A stretch of DNA of 64,000 bases from Eubacteriales bacterium (lineage in GTDB: Bacteria; Bacillota; Clostridia; Oscillospirales; CAG-272): assembly GCA_045636445.1 (NCBI GenBank), contig JAZTXO010000124.1, forward strand, positions 15,941-79,940, written 5' to 3'. Positions 1 through 8,643 of this stretch are shown here, piece by piece. The notes beneath the pieces were generated by a model. It was not told the origin of the DNA, searched no databases, and saw only the letters and a list, made by a program, of their open reading frames with translations. A program made the translations under genes and the position numbers. The stretch's first letter is position 1; each line of letters begins with the position of its first letter.

Positions 1-438
1 TACGCCTCGGAGATAGTATATGCCGAAGCGATACCAGAAGCGGTCGAAATAGCCGGAGAAAAGTCCTATTTCAATAAAGGCGGACAGAAGTCCGAAAATG
101 AAGGTTAAAAGAACTGCAAAGAGGGCAATAATCCAGCGGTTCTTTATTTTTATCCGTCCGAAAATCCAGAAAACAAAGGCAACAAAAGGCCAATAGACGA
201 AGTAAAGCACCACCCAGGTGTTGACTCCCCAAATTAGCGGCTCGATACACACGAAAATCACAGCGGCAATGACTCCGAAGCCACCGAAAGCATAGCCGTA
301 AAGGGCGCAAAGCAGGGTTACGACCTCAATGTTGGGCAAGAGGGCAAGGGCAAGTTTTCCGCACTCGATGGTAGCAGCCGCAATGCCAACGAGCGCGATT
401 TTCTTTGCCGCACCGCCCGAAAACGAGCGATTTTTCAT
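1..438 (-). CDS. Multi-pass membrane protein, 3' end outside the window; likely ECF-type S component or B12 uptake membrane protein
   Basis: ATG at 436-438 on the minus strand, 4 nt after the stop of the upstream lipoprotein gene. Reverse translation begins MKNRSFSGGAAKKIALVGIAAATIECGKLALALLPNIEVVTLL and is hydrophobic throughout. It is the second gene behind a cobalamin riboswitch. It is absent from the ORF track because it runs off the edge. Confidence 0.5.
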   Translation of the reverse strand, partial: MKNRSFSGGAAKKIALVGIAAATIECGKLALALLPNIEVVTLLCALYGYAFGGFGVIAAVIFVCIEPLIWGVNTWVVLYFVYWPFVAFVFWIFGRIKIKNRWIIALFAVLLTFIFGLLSAFIEIGLFSGYFDRFWYRFGIYYLRGV

Positions 439-442
439 ACAG

Positions 443-889
443 TTACCAGCTTATATATCCGATATAAATAACGCAACCGTCCTCAATACGCATTTCGTTT
501 GCGCCAACGCCGGAGCTTGTCAGGGTTTTGCCCTCATACTCCACCGTCATAGCATATTGCGACACGTCCATATCCGAAGTGACAGAGGTGTAAATATAGA
601 TATATTTCCCTGCCGCCCCGTCATTTTCAAGCTCACCTACTTTGTTAAGGTAAGTGCCGGAGATTTCATATTCAAGTCCCTTTTCTCTTTTGAGATATTC
701 AAAGACGGACACAAGCCCCTTTTTTATCTCAATTTCGCCAAGGTCTACTTCGTATGTTGTAAGACTGTCCCCTGCTAAAACAAGAGTCATTTTACCCGAA
801 CTATCGCTCTCGTTTTCACAAGCGAAAAGGGATAGCATCATTACTGCCAAAAGCAATATTGCTGTGATTTTGTAAAGTTTTCTTTTCAT
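443..889 (-). CDS. Lipoprotein, DUF4430-like (transcobalamin-like beta domain), putative B12-binding
   Basis: Internal ATG at 889 gives MKRKLYKITAILLLAVMMLSLFAC with an LFAC lipobox. The C-terminal pattern (VGANEMRIEDGCVIYIGY) resembles DUF4430. It lies directly downstream of a cobalamin riboswitch. The upstream part of the tracked ORF (to 1120) overlaps the riboswitch and is not coding. Confidence 0.6.
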   Translation of the reverse strand: MKRKLYKITAILLLAVMMLSLFACENESDSSGKMTLVLAGDSLTTYEVDLGEIEIKKGLVSVFEYLKREKGLEYEISGTYLNKVGELENDGAAGKYIYIYTSVTSDMDVSQYAMTVEYEGKTLTSSGVGANEMRIEDGCVIYIGYISW

Positions 890-933
890 TTTGTTCGTTT
901 TTGCCTTTCGTTTTCTGAAAATTAGGCTAAAAC

Positions 934-1212
934 CAAAAAAATCGCCCTGCCGGGCAGGACGAAAAAATATGCACGAAAAACCCCCGTACACACCTTTGGC
1001 CACCCCCTCTATTGCCCAAGGGATGTATATCCAAAATATCCGTTTGACAGGTCTTCCGACTTTGGGGGCGGCTGCTCCCCGTTTACGGTAATGGCTGTTG
1101 CGGCGGATTTTCACCGCCATTTCCCTGCTTAAATGGCTTGACGCATCGAAAGCCGCTAAAAGGTTTCTCCGTAAGACTTGTTAGTTCGATTATCTTACGG
1201 CTTTGCAAACGG
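934..1212 (-). promoter_or_regulatory. Cobalamin (B12) riboswitch with terminator expression platform
   Basis: Minus-strand motifs: CAGGGAA (1121-1127), GGCGGTGAAAATCCGCC (around 1105-1115) and the B12-box-like AAGTCGGAAGACC (1050-1062). A P1 candidate pairs CCGTTTG (1206-1212) with CAAACGG (1040-1046). The hairpin CGTCCTGCC/GGCAGGGCG plus a U-run at 934-962 is the terminator. Confidence 0.7.
1135..1201. repeat. 67-bp segment 65/67 identical to the right end of the MITE-like element at 34485-34551
   Basis: Direct comparison of the two stretches shows 2 mismatches (ggtTtcTccg versus ggtAtcAccg). The segment contains the 19-nt terminal repeat agttcgattatcttacggc. Confidence 0.9.
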
Positions 1213-1226
1213 TTTGGGATGAAAGT

Positions 1227-1255
1227 ATTATAGCACCCTCATCCCGATTTGTCAA
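1227..1255 (-). promoter_or_regulatory. Sigma-A promoter for the riboswitch operon
   Basis: Minus strand reads TTGACA (1250-1255), a 17-nt spacer, then TATAAT (1227-1232). Confidence 0.65.
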
Positions 1256-1259
1256 TATT

Positions 1260-1655
1260 TTATTGTTTTCTTCTTCCACGCTTCGGTTTTTCCTCACCGA
1301 AAGCACTGATGTAGAGATTTATCGTTGCTTCAAGATTTTCTCTTAACGCCACCTTTGCGTTTTCGGGAAGAAGTCGGCTCTTTCTGTATAGCTTAAGGAG
1401 AGATAGCTCGTCGTCTGAAAGCTCGGATGTGTCGTTTCGGATAGGCATATCCAGAATTTCACCCACGTTGACCGAAAATTTTTCGGAAATGGCTGGAAGT
1501 ATTTTCATAAAGGAAGCCGAACGACCTCTTCGCCAATTGTTTACCGTTTTTTCGTTCAGCTCCATATCTCTTTCAAAGGCTGCGTCGCTTTCGTACTCCG
1601 CGCTTATGAGTCCGAGAATTCTTTGCCTTATTTTTTCGGTTCTTTCGTTTTCCAT
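1260..1655 (-). CDS. XRE-family helix-turn-helix transcriptional regulator
   Basis: 131 aa. The HTH-like N-terminus is IRQRILGLISAEYESDAAFERDMELNEKTVNNWRRGRSASF. The start codon abuts the stop of the upstream flavin reductase gene. Confidence 0.6.
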   Translation of the reverse strand: MENERTEKIRQRILGLISAEYESDAAFERDMELNEKTVNNWRRGRSASFMKILPAISEKFSVNVGEILDMPIRNDTSELSDDELSLLKLYRKSRLLPENAKVALRENLEATINLYISAFGEEKPKRGRRKQ

Positions 1656-2534
1656 TTATCCTCTTTCTCCCTTTGATTTTTTGCCGTGAGGTCTGCCTTT
1701 GTCCTTGTTTTGCTTCGGATTTTTCTTTTTTTCGAAAGTTCTCGGAGCGTTTTTGTAAAAAGGCTCTTTTCCCTCTTCCTTTTTTTCAGGTGCAGGCTTT
1801 GAAGGCTCTTTCTTATTCGACAAGGTCTTTGAAGACTCCTTTTTTTCCGTCAAAGGTTTTGCAGACTCCTTTTTTTCCGTCAAAGGTTTTGCAGACTCTT
1901 TTTTATTCGTCAAAGGCTTTGCAGACTCTTTCTTATTCGACAAGGTCTTTGAAGACTCCTTTTTTTCGGACTTTTTCGGCTTGTCGGTGCTGAAACCGAA
2001 TCTGCCTACTCTGTCGCCAAGACGGTAATATTCTCCGTGAGCATAGGCTAAAAGGTCGGCATTTTCGAAATGGATTTTTCCATCGCCGTCAATAAGCTCT
2101 TCCTTGCAGGAAACGCTTAATATATCAGCCATAAAAACATCGTGCGACCCCATAGGTATTACCTGAAAAACTCTGCACTCCAAGGCTATTGGGCACTCGG
2201 CAACAGTCGGTGGCAAAACCGTTTTGCTTTCCTTTGGAGTAAGTCCGGTTTTCTCGAACTTATCCATTTTCGCGCCGGTATAAATGCCCACGAAATCAAC
2301 CTCTTTTGCAAGAGATGCGGGGGGAAGATTTATAACGAACTCCCTTCCCACCCCAAGCATATTATAAGAATACCGCGAGGGGCGAACCGATATATAAGTC
2401 CTTGGTGGTACGGTTGAAAGTATGCCCGTCCAGGCAACGGTCAGCATATTGTTTTTTTCCATATCTCCGACAGTTACGATGCATGGCGGAAGCGGAGCGC
2501 TTAATGCTCCGGGGGAAAGATTTTTTCTTTTCAT
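1656..2534 (-). CDS. Flavin reductase-like (flavoredoxin) domain protein with a Lys-rich tandem-repeat C-terminal tail
   Basis: The ATG at 2534 has an AAAGGAG ribosome-binding site. Domain motifs are LLTVAWTGILSTVPPRTYISVRPSRYSY and ALECRV. The tail consists of KKESAKPLT(N/E) repeats. Confidence 0.65.
   Translation of the reverse strand: MKRKNLSPGALSAPLPPCIVTVGDMEKNNMLTVAWTGILSTVPPRTYISVRPSRYSYNMLGVGREFVINLPPASLAKEVDFVGIYTGAKMDKFEKTGLTPKESKTVLPPTVAECPIALECRVFQVIPMGSHDVFMADILSVSCKEELIDGDGKIHFENADLLAYAHGEYYRLGDRVGRFGFSTDKPKKSEKKESSKTLSNKKESAKPLTNKKESAKPLTEKKESAKPLTEKKESSKTLSNKKEPSKPAPEKKEEGKEPFYKNAPRTFEKKKNPKQNKDKGRPHGKKSKGERG
1801..1980. repeat. Six in-frame 30-bp tandem repeats encoding the KKES(A/S)K(P/T)L(T/S)(N/E) tail
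   Basis: Units start at 1801, 1831, 1861, 1891, 1921 and 1951. The outer units pair with each other (1801 with 1921, 1831 with 1951). Confidence 0.9.
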
Positions 2535-2738
2535 AATGCTCCTTTTTGGGGATTTTCGTCTTTTTTTCTTTATTTTACAGCATTTTTTTCGTAATGTCAA
2601 GCAATTTTTCGTAAATTTGACGAAAGAGCTTATATTATAAAATTTTTATAAAATATGTCTTTTATTAACAACAACTTAACAATATTGTTGTATACTTAAA
2701 TTAAAATGACTTATTTTCCCTATTTTAAGGAGATTTTT

Positions 2739-4040
2739 ATGAATAAAAGAAAAATAGCTTTGTTTATAATGTCTGTCGCTTTGGTTATAGTCTGTCTTGT
2801 ATCCACAAGCTCTTGTATGTATGCGATGGATATTCTTAAGGGCGAGGACTCCACCGAAAATCAAGGTGACTACATAGGAAAGGACAAAAATCCCCCCTCT
2901 TTAAGCAACGGAGTAGGCTCGGGAAGTCAAAATTCCACTACCGGCGACCCCATTTTCCACCCCGATGCCGAAACAGACGCAGAGAGTACGGTTCGTCCCG
3001 AAATCAAGCCTTTCCTTTCCACGGTTGCAATAATTACAAAGTTCGACATTATAAGCGCCTATCCTTATTACGACGACACCACCGAATACACCTCTTTCAG
3101 CTCGGGTGTTATATACAGTCTTGACAAGGAAAAGGGCGACGCTTTGGTTATCACCAATTACCACGCAGTTTATAACAAGGGCGAGGTCGCAAAGGGCGGA
3201 TTCAGCGACAGTATTTCTCTCTACCTTTACGGTATGGAAAATGAGCAGTACGGAATTCCCGCAACGGTTATCGGCGGCTCTATGAATTACGATATTGCGG
3301 TACTTCGTGTCAGCGGCTCGGAGGTTTTGAAAAACAGTATGGCAAGAGCAGCCGACGTTGGTTCTTCCGAAGGCGTACAGCTTCTTGACGACGTTCTTGT
3401 TGTCGGTTATCCCGAGGGACTTGGCATTTCGGCTACTGCCGGTATGGTAAGCGTTGTCAGCGAAAATCTTACAATGACCGGCGCTGACGGCAGAACGGCT
3501 ATTACGTTAAGAGTAATCCGCACAAGCGCCGCAGTAAACGAGGGTAACTCCGGCGGCGGCTTCTACTCGGCTGACGGAAAGCTTATCGGCATAGTTTGCG
3601 CAAAGCGTACGGGAGCTGAGGTTGATAATATCGGCTACGCTATTCCTATCGACCTTGCGGTAAAGGTTGCTAATAATATTTTAAGAAACTGCGACGGCGG
3701 AGAAAATCTTTCGGTTAAGAAATGCACCGTTGGCGTCGGCCTCGGAGTTGCTTCATCGGGACTTGTTACCGACGAGGAAGGAAATATTATTATTGTTGAA
3801 AGAATATGCGTTGCTTCTATCGAGGACAACTGCATTACCACCGATTTTAAAGTGGGCGACATAATCACCGCTATAAGCGTTGACGGTGTGAAAACCGAGG
3901 TTACAAGGTCCTACCACATAGTCGACAATATGCTTAACGCAGCGGTAGGCAGCACCGTTGTGTTCACTGTTGACCGAGGCGGTGAAGAGGTTACGGTTTC
4001 GGTTACGCTCCCCGAAAGCTGCGAGACTACGGTAAAATAA
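2739..4040 (+). CDS. Trypsin-like serine protease, HtrA/S1C-like with a C-terminal PDZ-like region
   Basis: The ATG at 2739 follows AAGGAG. There is an N-terminal TM/signal segment. Triad context: ITNYHAV, NYDIAVLRV, NEGNSGGG. Confidence 0.75.
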   Translation: MNKRKIALFIMSVALVIVCLVSTSSCMYAMDILKGEDSTENQGDYIGKDKNPPSLSNGVGSGSQNSTTGDPIFHPDAETDAESTVRPEIKPFLSTVAIITKFDIISAYPYYDDTTEYTSFSSGVIYSLDKEKGDALVITNYHAVYNKGEVAKGGFSDSISLYLYGMENEQYGIPATVIGGSMNYDIAVLRVSGSEVLKNSMARAADVGSSEGVQLLDDVLVVGYPEGLGISATAGMVSVVSENLTMTGADGRTAITLRVIRTSAAVNEGNSGGGFYSADGKLIGIVCAKRTGAEVDNIGYAIPIDLAVKVANNILRNCDGGENLSVKKCTVGVGLGVASSGLVTDEEGNIIIVERICVASIEDNCITTDFKVGDIITAISVDGVKTEVTRSYHIVDNMLNAAVGSTVVFTVDRGGEEVTVSVTLPESCETTVK

Positions 4041-4051
4041 TTTTTTTGCAA

Positions 4052-4099
4052 GAAAAAGGCTAGCTCCAAGTTTACAATCTTGAGCTAGCCTCTTTTTTC
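4052..4099. terminator. Bidirectional intrinsic terminator between convergent genes
   Basis: The stem ggctagctc (4058-4066) / gagctagcc (4082-4090) is flanked by an A-run and a T-run. Confidence 0.7.
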
Positions 4100-4117
4100 T
4101 TTTTGTTAGATAAATTT

Positions 4118-6127
4118 TCAGCTTTTTCTTCTGCCCACTCTTCTGACGTCCGAAGTCGAAAGAGCCTTGCCCTGCTTAAAGGAAAGGAGGGCGTTTTTTA
4201 TTTTTTCTTCGTTTTCGGTAGAGAAGATAAAATGATAGGAGCTAATGCGGTTTTTGTCAAGAAGCTGACGCTTGTCGCCCATATAGGTAATTTTCGAGTT
4301 CAAAATCAGGCTTCGGTGGTCAAATTCTCTTATCATAGGGAATTTTTCGCCCTTTCTGTCCTCAAGAGAAAGCTTGGAGCAACGGCCGCAGCCGCCGTTA
4401 TCCTTCATAAAGCACCTTTCGGTTATCATAAGTGGGATTCTGCCGTAAACGATAACGCTTCCGCCAATATCTCTCGCCTGGGGCAGAGTTATTTCGGGTG
4501 AAAGGATTATGTTCGACACGCCCATTTCCGAAAGAGTCTTATATGTCAAGCGGTTGGTTACGTTGAGTCTGAAATCGCAGATTGGAATTAGCGAAAATTC
4601 TTTTGCAAGAGCTATTTGCCCAAGGTTTGAGACGAGGGCGTATTTTATTTGTTCTTTGTCAAGCGACGATAGAGCATTTCTTACCGAGGAAAGCTCCGAG
4701 TTCATAACCACAGGCGGCAGGTAAACACCGTTTGCGCACCCCTTGTTTTCGGCAAAGAGGGAGACGAATACGGCATCGAAGTCCTCTATGGCCTTTGGCA
4801 GACTTGGGTTGTAGCCGAGTATGGTCGCCGTTGTCATTTTTCTTTGGTTAAATGAGAATTTCGGCAGAGTGTAGTCAAGAGAAATTTCCTCTCTCGAAGT
4901 ATCTTCAAAGGCTTCTGCCGCAGCTCGACGCAAAGCGTTTAATGCGGAGGGTGCGAGATTTAACCCCTCGTCAAGAGTAAGATTTATATCCTCGGCGGCA
5001 AGAGAAAGATAGGTGTTGCCCATTTTGGAAAGTCTTTCCTTTACACCGCCCTCACTAAGAGGAGCGTTTTCCGCTTTTTCGGGTGTTTGTCCCTTGACGG
5101 ACACCTCTTTGCCCTCGCCGTCAAAGAGAGTCATTTCGGCAGGGTGGCCGTTTAATATTTTAACGGTAGCAAAGACCTTTTTCTTGTTTACGGTGAACGG
5201 CTTTTCGTTTTCACGGCTTTCGGCTTTGTTTTCTTCGCTTCTTATGCCAAGCTCCACACTCTGCGGCTTTCCTTTAAGGTAGCCGTCGGTAAATCCGCCT
5301 CTGGAAAAGGCTTTTTTAAGAGCTTCCCATTCCCCATCGGTTGCACTTCTTCCCTCGTCAAGCAGACGGCGGAAGATTTTTGTTACGGTGTAAACGTAAG
5401 TGGGGGATTTCATTCTTCCCTCGATTTTGAGAGAAGCAACGCCCGACTTAATGAGGGCAGGAATATGCCCTGCGTAAGAAAGGTCTTTCAAGGAAAGAGG
5501 ATATTTGCCGCCCGCAAAGGGAAGTCTGCAGGGTTGGGCGCACTCGCCTCGGTTGCCGCTTCGACCGCCTACCATAGAGGAGAAAAGGCACTGTCCCGAA
5601 TGGCAAACGCAAAGAGCTCCGTGCAAAAAGACTTCGATTTCGGGCTTTGATTTTTCTGTAATTTCGGTTATATCTTCAACAGAACACTCTCTTGCAAGTA
5701 CAACTCGCTCACAACCGAGAGAAAACGCCTCGTCAGCTCCAAGGCTGTTGTGAACAGACATTTGAGTCGATGCGTGAAGAGGAAGTGAGGGAACGTGTTT
5801 TCTAATCTCACGAATTGCTCCAAGGTCGGCAATTATAAGAGCGTCAACCCCGATTTTCCAAAGGAAAGCGGCATATTCGACCACGTCCTTCATTTCAAGG
5901 TCTAAACACAGGGTATTTACGGTAACGTAAAGCTTCACCGAGTGAAGATGGCAGTATTTTACCGCCAAAGACAGCTCTTCGCTATCGAAATTTTTCGCAA
6001 ATGCCCTCGCCCCGAAACGCTTTCCGCCAACGTAAACGGCATCTGCCCCCGCCTCAACGGCAGCAACAAGAGCTTCAAAGCTGCCCGCCGGGGCAAGAAG
6101 CTCGGGAAGGTTTTCTTTTCTTTTCAT
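4118..6127 (-). CDS. Peptidase U32 family protein (collagenase-like)
   Basis: 669 aa. The N-terminus PELLAPAGSFEALVAAVEAGADAVYVGGKRFGARAFAKNF and the Cys-rich GALCVCHSGQCLFSS are typical of U32. Confidence 0.8.
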   Translation of the reverse strand: MKRKENLPELLAPAGSFEALVAAVEAGADAVYVGGKRFGARAFAKNFDSEELSLAVKYCHLHSVKLYVTVNTLCLDLEMKDVVEYAAFLWKIGVDALIIADLGAIREIRKHVPSLPLHASTQMSVHNSLGADEAFSLGCERVVLARECSVEDITEITEKSKPEIEVFLHGALCVCHSGQCLFSSMVGGRSGNRGECAQPCRLPFAGGKYPLSLKDLSYAGHIPALIKSGVASLKIEGRMKSPTYVYTVTKIFRRLLDEGRSATDGEWEALKKAFSRGGFTDGYLKGKPQSVELGIRSEENKAESRENEKPFTVNKKKVFATVKILNGHPAEMTLFDGEGKEVSVKGQTPEKAENAPLSEGGVKERLSKMGNTYLSLAAEDINLTLDEGLNLAPSALNALRRAAAEAFEDTSREEISLDYTLPKFSFNQRKMTTATILGYNPSLPKAIEDFDAVFVSLFAENKGCANGVYLPPVVMNSELSSVRNALSSLDKEQIKYALVSNLGQIALAKEFSLIPICDFRLNVTNRLTYKTLSEMGVSNIILSPEITLPQARDIGGSVIVYGRIPLMITERCFMKDNGGCGRCSKLSLEDRKGEKFPMIREFDHRSLILNSKITYMGDKRQLLDKNRISSYHFIFSTENEEKIKNALLSFKQGKALSTSDVRRVGRRKS

Positions 6128-6264
6128 TTTTCACTCTGCCCCTTTCTTTTTTTGTAAATAATTATTTGCATTTAAGGAACACCTAAACGCTGTCCCCGCT
6201 TGTTGCTTAAGTAAAAAGGAAAATCAAGTTCATTTTAACGATTACAGGATATGTTTTTGCTTGG

Positions 6265-6461
6265 TGTCATCCCGAAAGCACAGATATAAACCGAAGACTA
6301 AAACACGCATTGAGTGATCTCCTTTTACGAACCGCCCGGAATTAAGACTCGTGCAGGTAGGTGTCTTCGTTTGCCAAAGTCTAAAAGATATAAGGCTCCA
6401 AAGAGAAGATTCCTCAGTCCTTAGTATCGTCTCCGAATCAAGTTTGCGGTTTCGGAATGAC
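6265..6461. repeat. ~200-bp palindromic dispersed repeat, copy 1 (related to 26765-26964)
   Basis: Terminal inverted ends are gtcatcccga and tcggaatgac. Blocks shared with copy 2: ctccttttNcgaaccgcc, gtcttcgtttgccaaagtct, aaggctcc, gattcctcag, tttcggaatgaca. Confidence 0.75.
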
Positions 6462-6518
6462 AAAATAATCTACCGCAACGTAGAACGGTGGGATTTTTGA
6501 TGAAGTGCAAAGATTTTT

Positions 6519-6643
6519 GGTACGTCGAGGCGCCGTCCCCTACGATTTTTGATAATACAAAATCCATAGAGATTATGTTTTCACAAACAAAGCAAAAGCA
6601 ATAGTTGTAATTGCATTTGTAGGGGACGGCGCCTCGACGTACC
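6519..6643. repeat. 25-bp perfect inverted repeat flanking a 75-bp AT-rich spacer
   Basis: ggtacgtcgaggcgccgtcccctac (6519-6543) is the exact reverse complement of 6619-6643. Confidence 0.95.
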
Positions 6644-6883
6644 GTAAGAATCATTCTTGACGAAATTACCTCATCCGTGAGGCTTTGCCTGCCACCTTCC
6701 CCAAGGGGAAGGCTATAACGCTCCGAAGCCGTAGTCACGACCGAAAACTCTGCCGCAATTCGCAAAAATCACCGCTGACGAGGAAGATTTTGAGGATAGA
6801 GCGTTGGTTTTGCCCCGAAGCTGTAGTTACCTACTGCGAGTTTGGGCAAAAACGGCGGTATATACCAAAAGCTTTCCGTCAGA

Positions 6884-8428
6884 TTATCTGCGCCAGTATT
6901 TGCGGTCCAAACTCCTATACATTATCGCTTCGGCTATATGGTCTTCGTTGATTTGCTCCATACCGTCAAGGTCGGCTATTGTTCTGGCTACACGAAGGAC
7001 TCTGTCGTGTCCTCTGGCAGAGAGACCGAGGGATTCGAAGGCTTGACGCATCAGGTCAGAGCCTTCTTTTGTGGGAGTGCAATATTTGCGGAGAAGGTCG
7101 GTGGACATTCGGGCGTTGAGGACTCCGGGTTTGTCACCGCCACGCTTTAGTCTGTCATCGGTAAAGGCACGAGATGCGTTTACACGCTTTCTTATTTCGG
7201 CTGAAGGCTCACCGGGTGCGGTCTTGCCGGAAATTTCGTTGTAGGAAACCGAGGGAAGCTCTATTTCAATGTCAATTCTGTCGAGAAGAGGGCCGCTTAC
7301 ACGCTCGAGATATTTGGAAATTGCCGAGGGTGTGCAGGTACACTGTCTGTTAGGGTCTCCGAAATAGCCGCAGCGGCAGGGGTTCATTGCACAAACCAGC
7401 ATAAAGGTAGAGGGATAGGTGATTTTTGCGGCGGCTCTGGTTACTGTTACAACTCCGTCCTCAAGAGGCTGACGGAGAGATTCGGTTACGGATTTTGAAA
7501 ATTCGGGAAGCTCGTCAAGGAAAAGCACTCCGTTGTTGGAAAGGGAGATTTCTCCGGGACGGGGTACAGCTCCGCCGCCGACAAGTCCCGCAACGCTTAC
7601 AGTGTGGTGAGGAGAACGGAAAGGACGCTCGGTGACAAGATTTGTTCTTAAAGTTCCGGTTACCGAGTGAATTTTGGTAGTTTCAACCGCCTCGTCAAAG
7701 GTCATATCGGGAAGAATTGTGGCAAGTCTTTTCGCAAGCATGGATTTTCCCGCACCGGGAGGGCCTATCATAAGAATATTGTGGCCGCCTGCCGCTGCAA
7801 TCTCCAAGGCTCTTTTTGCCTTATACTGTCCTCTGACGTCTGCAAAATCCGCGCCGCCCGCATGAGAGGTAAGGTCAAACTTCGAAGCGTCAAAGCACAT
7901 AGGCTCGATAGGATTTATTCCTTTTATATGCTCGATAAGCTGACGGAGATTTTTCACTCCATAGACTCTGACTCCCTCAACGACAGCCGCTTCGCCTGCA
8001 TTATCATAGGGTACGAAAACCTCTTTTCTGCCGTTTTTCTTGGCGGAAACCACCATAGAAAGAACACCGCCGATAGGTCTTACCTCGCCCGAAAGAGACA
8101 GCTCGCCGATAACGCACTTGTCCGAGAAATCGTAGTCGGAGGGAATCATACGGTCGCACTGCATTATTGCGAGGGTTATTGCAAGGTCAAAGGCAGAGCC
8201 TTCCTTTTTCACGTCGGCAGGAGCGAGATTTATCATAATATCAATAGGCGGAAAGGCAAATCCGCTGTTTTCAAGGGCGCACCTTACTCGGTTTTTCGCC
8301 TCTTTAACGGCAGTATCGGGAAGTCCGACAAGCTCAAACTTGGGAAGTCTGTCCCAGGCGCTGCACTCAACGGTGACTTCAAAGCCTTCTATTCCGAAAA
8401 CACCGGAGCTGTATATCTTGGAGAGCAT
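6884..8428 (-). CDS. comM: YifB/ComM family Mg-chelatase-like AAA+ ATPase
   Basis: 514 aa. It has a Lon-protease-like N-domain, the Walker A motif GPPGAGKS, and the C-terminal RGHDRVLRVARTIADLDG. Confidence 0.85.
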   Translation of the reverse strand: MLSKIYSSGVFGIEGFEVTVECSAWDRLPKFELVGLPDTAVKEAKNRVRCALENSGFAFPPIDIMINLAPADVKKEGSAFDLAITLAIMQCDRMIPSDYDFSDKCVIGELSLSGEVRPIGGVLSMVVSAKKNGRKEVFVPYDNAGEAAVVEGVRVYGVKNLRQLIEHIKGINPIEPMCFDASKFDLTSHAGGADFADVRGQYKAKRALEIAAAGGHNILMIGPPGAGKSMLAKRLATILPDMTFDEAVETTKIHSVTGTLRTNLVTERPFRSPHHTVSVAGLVGGGAVPRPGEISLSNNGVLFLDELPEFSKSVTESLRQPLEDGVVTVTRAAAKITYPSTFMLVCAMNPCRCGYFGDPNRQCTCTPSAISKYLERVSGPLLDRIDIEIELPSVSYNEISGKTAPGEPSAEIRKRVNASRAFTDDRLKRGGDKPGVLNARMSTDLLRKYCTPTKEGSDLMRQAFESLGLSARGHDRVLRVARTIADLDGMEQINEDHIAEAIMYRSLDRKYWRR

Positions 8429-8643
8429 AGTTTTCTCGCTTTCTTGGCAATTTTAATTACTATGTTATATTATACATAATTTTTACACGTAAATCAATAG
8501 TTTTTTCAAAGGGTATTTTCGTTGACTTTTTTTGCCGAAAGTCAATTTGTGAACAAAATCTATTGCTTTTTTGAACAAACTGTGATAAAATGTAGAATAG
8601 CCCCCCAAAAACGTCTTAAAAAAGACAGGAAAGGCCTAGTTTT

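Noticed and set aside
71-778. Tracked ORFs 71-310 (minus) and 329-778 (plus)
   Set aside because: They overlap, in other frames, the better-supported minus-strand membrane protein (1-438) and lipoprotein (443-889) genes controlled by the riboswitch.
7667-8479. 270-aa plus-strand ORF
   Set aside because: It is antisense to the comM/yifB gene, has no recognisable domain and has no ribosome-binding site.
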